Origin: Elusimicrobiota bacterium
GTDB taxonomy: Bacteria > Elusimicrobiota > Elusimicrobia > Elusimicrobiales > UBA9959
Length of the DNA stretch: 16,840 bases
NCBI GenBank assembly: GCA_037137395.1
Contig: JBAXKK010000058.1
Coordinates: forward strand, 1-16,840
Reading direction: 5' to 3'
Shown: positions 14,667 to 16,840 of the stretch, piece by piece
Numbering within the stretch: position 1 is the first letter of the stretch
How the letters are laid out: every line of letters begins with the position of its first letter
Notes under the pieces: model-generated
Told to the model about the DNA's origin: nothing
Database searches by the model: none
Seen by the model: only the letters and a program-made list of their open reading frames with translations
Made by a program: the position numbers and the translations under genes

Positions 14667-14852
14667 ATGTAAAGCAGTCTAGAGGCAAAGCAGTTTAGAA
14701 GCAAAGCAATTTAGAGGTAAAGCAGTCTAGAGGAAAAGCAGTCTAGATGCAAAGCAATCTGGATGTAAAGCAATTTAGTGGTCTGTTTTGCGTCTAAACG
14801 GCTAAATCGCTAAATGGCCTTGCCTCTAAATTGCCAAACGGCCTTGCATCTA
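14664..14852. repeat. Family E: 7 x 16-bp tandem repeat plus a complementary octamer arm
   Basis: Consensus TAGAKGYAAAGCARTY, 7 copies at 14664-14775, starting at the rfbA stop codon. The arm at 14788-14852 has 8-nt units TTGCGTCT AAACGGCT AAATCGCT AAATGGCC TTGCCTCT AAATTGCC AAACGGCC TTGCATCT, partly complementary to the tandem repeat. Confidence 0.92.
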
Positions 14853-14861
14853 AAGGATATT

Positions 14862-15404
14862 ATGCCTTTTGAGTTTGTAAAATTAAAACCGGACGGCCTT
14901 GTGATGGTTAAACCCCGCGTTTTTACCGACGAGCGGGGTTTTTTTCTGGAGGCTTATAGATTCAGTGATTTTGAGAGGGCCGGGATAAAAGAAAACTTCG
15001 TCCAGGATAATCATTCAAGATCCGCCAGGGGCGTCCTGCGGGGCCTGCACTATCAGAAGTCCCCTGCCGCCCAGGGCAAACTCATGCGCTGCACTCTGGG
15101 CCGCATCCTTGATGTCGCCGTGGACATAAGAAAGGATTCCGCTACTTTCTGTGAATGGGTGGCAGTTGAATTGGGCGCCGATAACGCTCACATGCTCTAT
15201 ATTCCTCCCGGCTTCGCCCACGGCTTTCTGGTTTTAAGCGATATCGCGGAAATAATATACAAATGCACCAGCGAGTTTGCCCCGGAGCTTGAGGTCGGCA
15301 TACGCTGGAACGATCCGCGGCTCGGCGTAAAATGGGGCGTAACTGATCCGGTTCTGTCTCCCAAAGACAGCGTTCTCCCCTGGTTTAAGGACGCGGATAT
15401 TTAG
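14862..15404 (+). CDS. rfbC: dTDP-4-dehydrorhamnose 3,5-epimerase
   Basis: DERGFFLE, FVQDNHSRS..GVLRGLHYQ, QGKL.RC..G.ILDVAVDIR, IPPGFAHGF. Start set to ATG 14862 (SD AAGGA 14853-14857); the ORF-track start 14814 lies within the repeat arm. Confidence 0.97.
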   Translation: MPFEFVKLKPDGLVMVKPRVFTDERGFFLEAYRFSDFERAGIKENFVQDNHSRSARGVLRGLHYQKSPAAQGKLMRCTLGRILDVAVDIRKDSATFCEWVAVELGADNAHMLYIPPGFAHGFLVLSDIAEIIYKCTSEFAPELEVGIRWNDPRLGVKWGVTDPVLSPKDSVLPWFKDADI

Positions 15405-15422
15405 CCTGAATCCTGCAGTTTA
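15401..15422. repeat. Solo right end of the inner MITE forming the rfbC-rfbD spacer
   Basis: TTAGCCTGAATCCTGCAGTTTA is the exact 22-bp reverse complement of 1291-1312. Confidence 0.85.
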
Positions 15423-16270
15423 TGAAAATTTTAATTACAGGATCAAAGGGTCAGCTGGCTGAGGCGTTCATCCGCCGCTTTGAGGAACAAGGTCACGATT
15501 ACCTGGGCCGTGACCTGGACACCCTTGATATTGGCGCGCGCGACGCGGTCATTCGGGAGGTCCGTGTTTTTAAACCGGACCTGATAGTCAATTGCGCGGC
15601 CTATAATCTGGTGGACAAAGCCGAACAGGACTCAGAGACGGCGCTCAGGGCGAACTCCCTCGGTCCGGAAAATCTGGCGCTTGCCGCCCTGGAGACCGGC
15701 GCTTTCCTTATCCATTTCGGTTCCGATTATATATTTGATGGCGCCAGGGCTCCGATCCCTTACGCCGAAAATGATAGCCCGAATCCCCTGAATAAATACG
15801 GCGCTTCAAAGCTGGCGGGAGAAAAATTGATAAGGGCGTCCGGCGCCAGGCATCTCATCCTGCGCGTTAGCTGGGTGTTTGGGAACGGGAATCAGAATTT
15901 TATGTCAAAGCTGCTGGAATGGGCCAAAAGACCCGGCGCGATTACCGTAGCGGCGGATGAGATTTCCGTGCCGACCTACGCCGGCGACATTGTTTACGGC
16001 GCCATGGCGGCGCTAAAGGCCGGCCTTGAGGGGACATGGCATTTGCCCAATACCGGCTCCTGTTCAAGATATGAGTGGGCGGGTCTGATCTTGAAAACTT
16101 TAAGTATTGATAAAGAGCTGATCCCCGGCCGCATGGCTGATTTTAATCTTCCGGCCCGGCGCCCCGGTTTTTCCGCCATGTCCAACGCCGCTATCTCAAA
16201 GGAGCTGGGTATAACCATACCCGCCTGGCAAGATTCCGCGTGGGCTTTTATAAGGAGACAGAATGCCTAA
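15422..16270 (+). CDS. rfbD: dTDP-4-dehydrorhamnose reductase
   Basis: [44 protein letters not shown] (YxxxK), [10 protein letters not shown]...D, PARRP.FS. Confidence 0.96.
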   Translation: MKILITGSKGQLAEAFIRRFEEQGHDYLGRDLDTLDIGARDAVIREVRVFKPDLIVNCAAYNLVDKAEQDSETALRANSLGPENLALAALETGAFLIHFGSDYIFDGARAPIPYAENDSPNPLNKYGASKLAGEKLIRASGARHLILRVSWVFGNGNQNFMSKLLEWAKRPGAITVAADEISVPTYAGDIVYGAMAALKAGLEGTWHLPNTGSCSRYEWAGLILKTLSIDKELIPGRMADFNLPARRPGFSAMSNAAISKELGITIPAWQDSAWAFIRRQNA

Positions 16271-16840
16271 AGTGATGATAGTCCTTCCGGCGTACAACGC
16301 CGAAAAAACCCTCTCGGCCACCCTCTCTGATATACCGGCCGAATATCGGTCCAATGTGATACTTGTGGACGACTGCTCTAAAGACAAGACGGTGGAGGCG
16401 GCCGCTGGCTTCGGCATTACCGTCGTTCGGCATGAGTCCAACAAGGGCTACGGCGGCAACCAGAAAACCTGTTACCGCGAAGCCCTTAAGGCCGGCGCCG
16501 ATATCGTAGTGATGCTGCACCCGGACTATCAGTACAACCCGAAGGTTATCCCGCATCTGGTCGGCGTGATAAGCGCCGGGATTTGCGACATGATGCTGGG
16601 CAACCGCATCCGCACCCGCCGCGAAACTCTGGCTGGCGGCATGCCTTTCTACAAGTATCTCTCCAACCGCTTCCTCTCTCTGCTCTGCAATGTGGTGGCC
16701 GGTGAAAATCTGGGCGAATGGCACAGCGGCATGCGCGCTTATTCCCGCGAGGTGCTTTTAACCATCCCCTGGGAGAATAATACCGACGACTTCGCTTTTG
16801 ACATGCAGTTCCTGGCGCAGGCTTCTTATTTCGGTTTCAG
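16263..16840 (+). CDS. Glycosyltransferase family 2 (DPM1-like), 3'-truncated by the window edge; absent from the ORF track
   Basis: ATG 16263 overlaps the rfbD end, SD AAGGAG 16252-16257. Translation [54 protein letters not shown], open to the end of the window. Confidence 0.93.
   Translation, partial: MPKVMIVLPAYNAEKTLSATLSDIPAEYRSNVILVDDCSKDKTVEAAAGFGITVVRHESNKGYGGNQKTCYREALKAGADIVVMLHPDYQYNPKVIPHLVGVISAGICDMMLGNRIRTRRETLAGGMPFYKYLSNRFLSLLCNVVAGENLGEWHSGMRAYSREVLLTIPWENNTDDFAFDMQFLAQASYFGF

Noticed and set aside
14664..14775. 16-bp x7 repeat as CRISPR or plasmid iterons
   Set aside because: Units are contiguous with no spacers, there is no Rep gene or origin context, and the array lies inside the rfb operon with a complementary arm.
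14814..14861. N-terminal extension of RfbC given by the ORF track
   Set aside because: Translates the repeat arm; homology and the SD support ATG 14862.
15422..15470. RfbD GSKGQLA instead of GxxGQLG as a sign of inactivation
   Set aside because: A single conservative change; YxxxK and the other motifs are intact and the ORF is full length.

Overview
All supportable genes are on the + strand. Left accessory segment (1-4320): the 3' part of a glycine-rich-domain gene, a 557-bp transposase-less IS4-like element (18-bp TIRs, 11-bp target duplication) with two further elements nested inside it, and two divergent AAA_14+DUF4143-type ATPases. Then a long co-directional housekeeping/envelope run: tRNA-Val(GAC), thrS (short form, no TGS domain), a 1100-aa exported TPR protein, exbB/tolQ, two exbD/tolR, a TonB-family protein, an exported Ig-like + degenerate OmpA-like protein, rfbA, rfbC, rfbD and a GT2 glycosyltransferase running off the window. 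Gene style suggests a diderm such as Elusimicrobiota (inference only). The most striking unexplained signal is non-coding. Most larger intergenic spacers of this run hold degenerate 7-nt or 8/16-nt periodic arrays (five sequence families), each with a reverse-complement partner array. Some partners are local hairpins. Others lie 0.6-1.9 kb apart, bracket whole genes of the TonB/Exb module in mirrored order, and alternate in orientation, so mutually exclusive long-range pairings are possible. One array copy sits inside a signal-peptide coding region. Isolated ends of the inner MITE also recur at 2956-2991 and form the whole rfbC-rfbD spacer.
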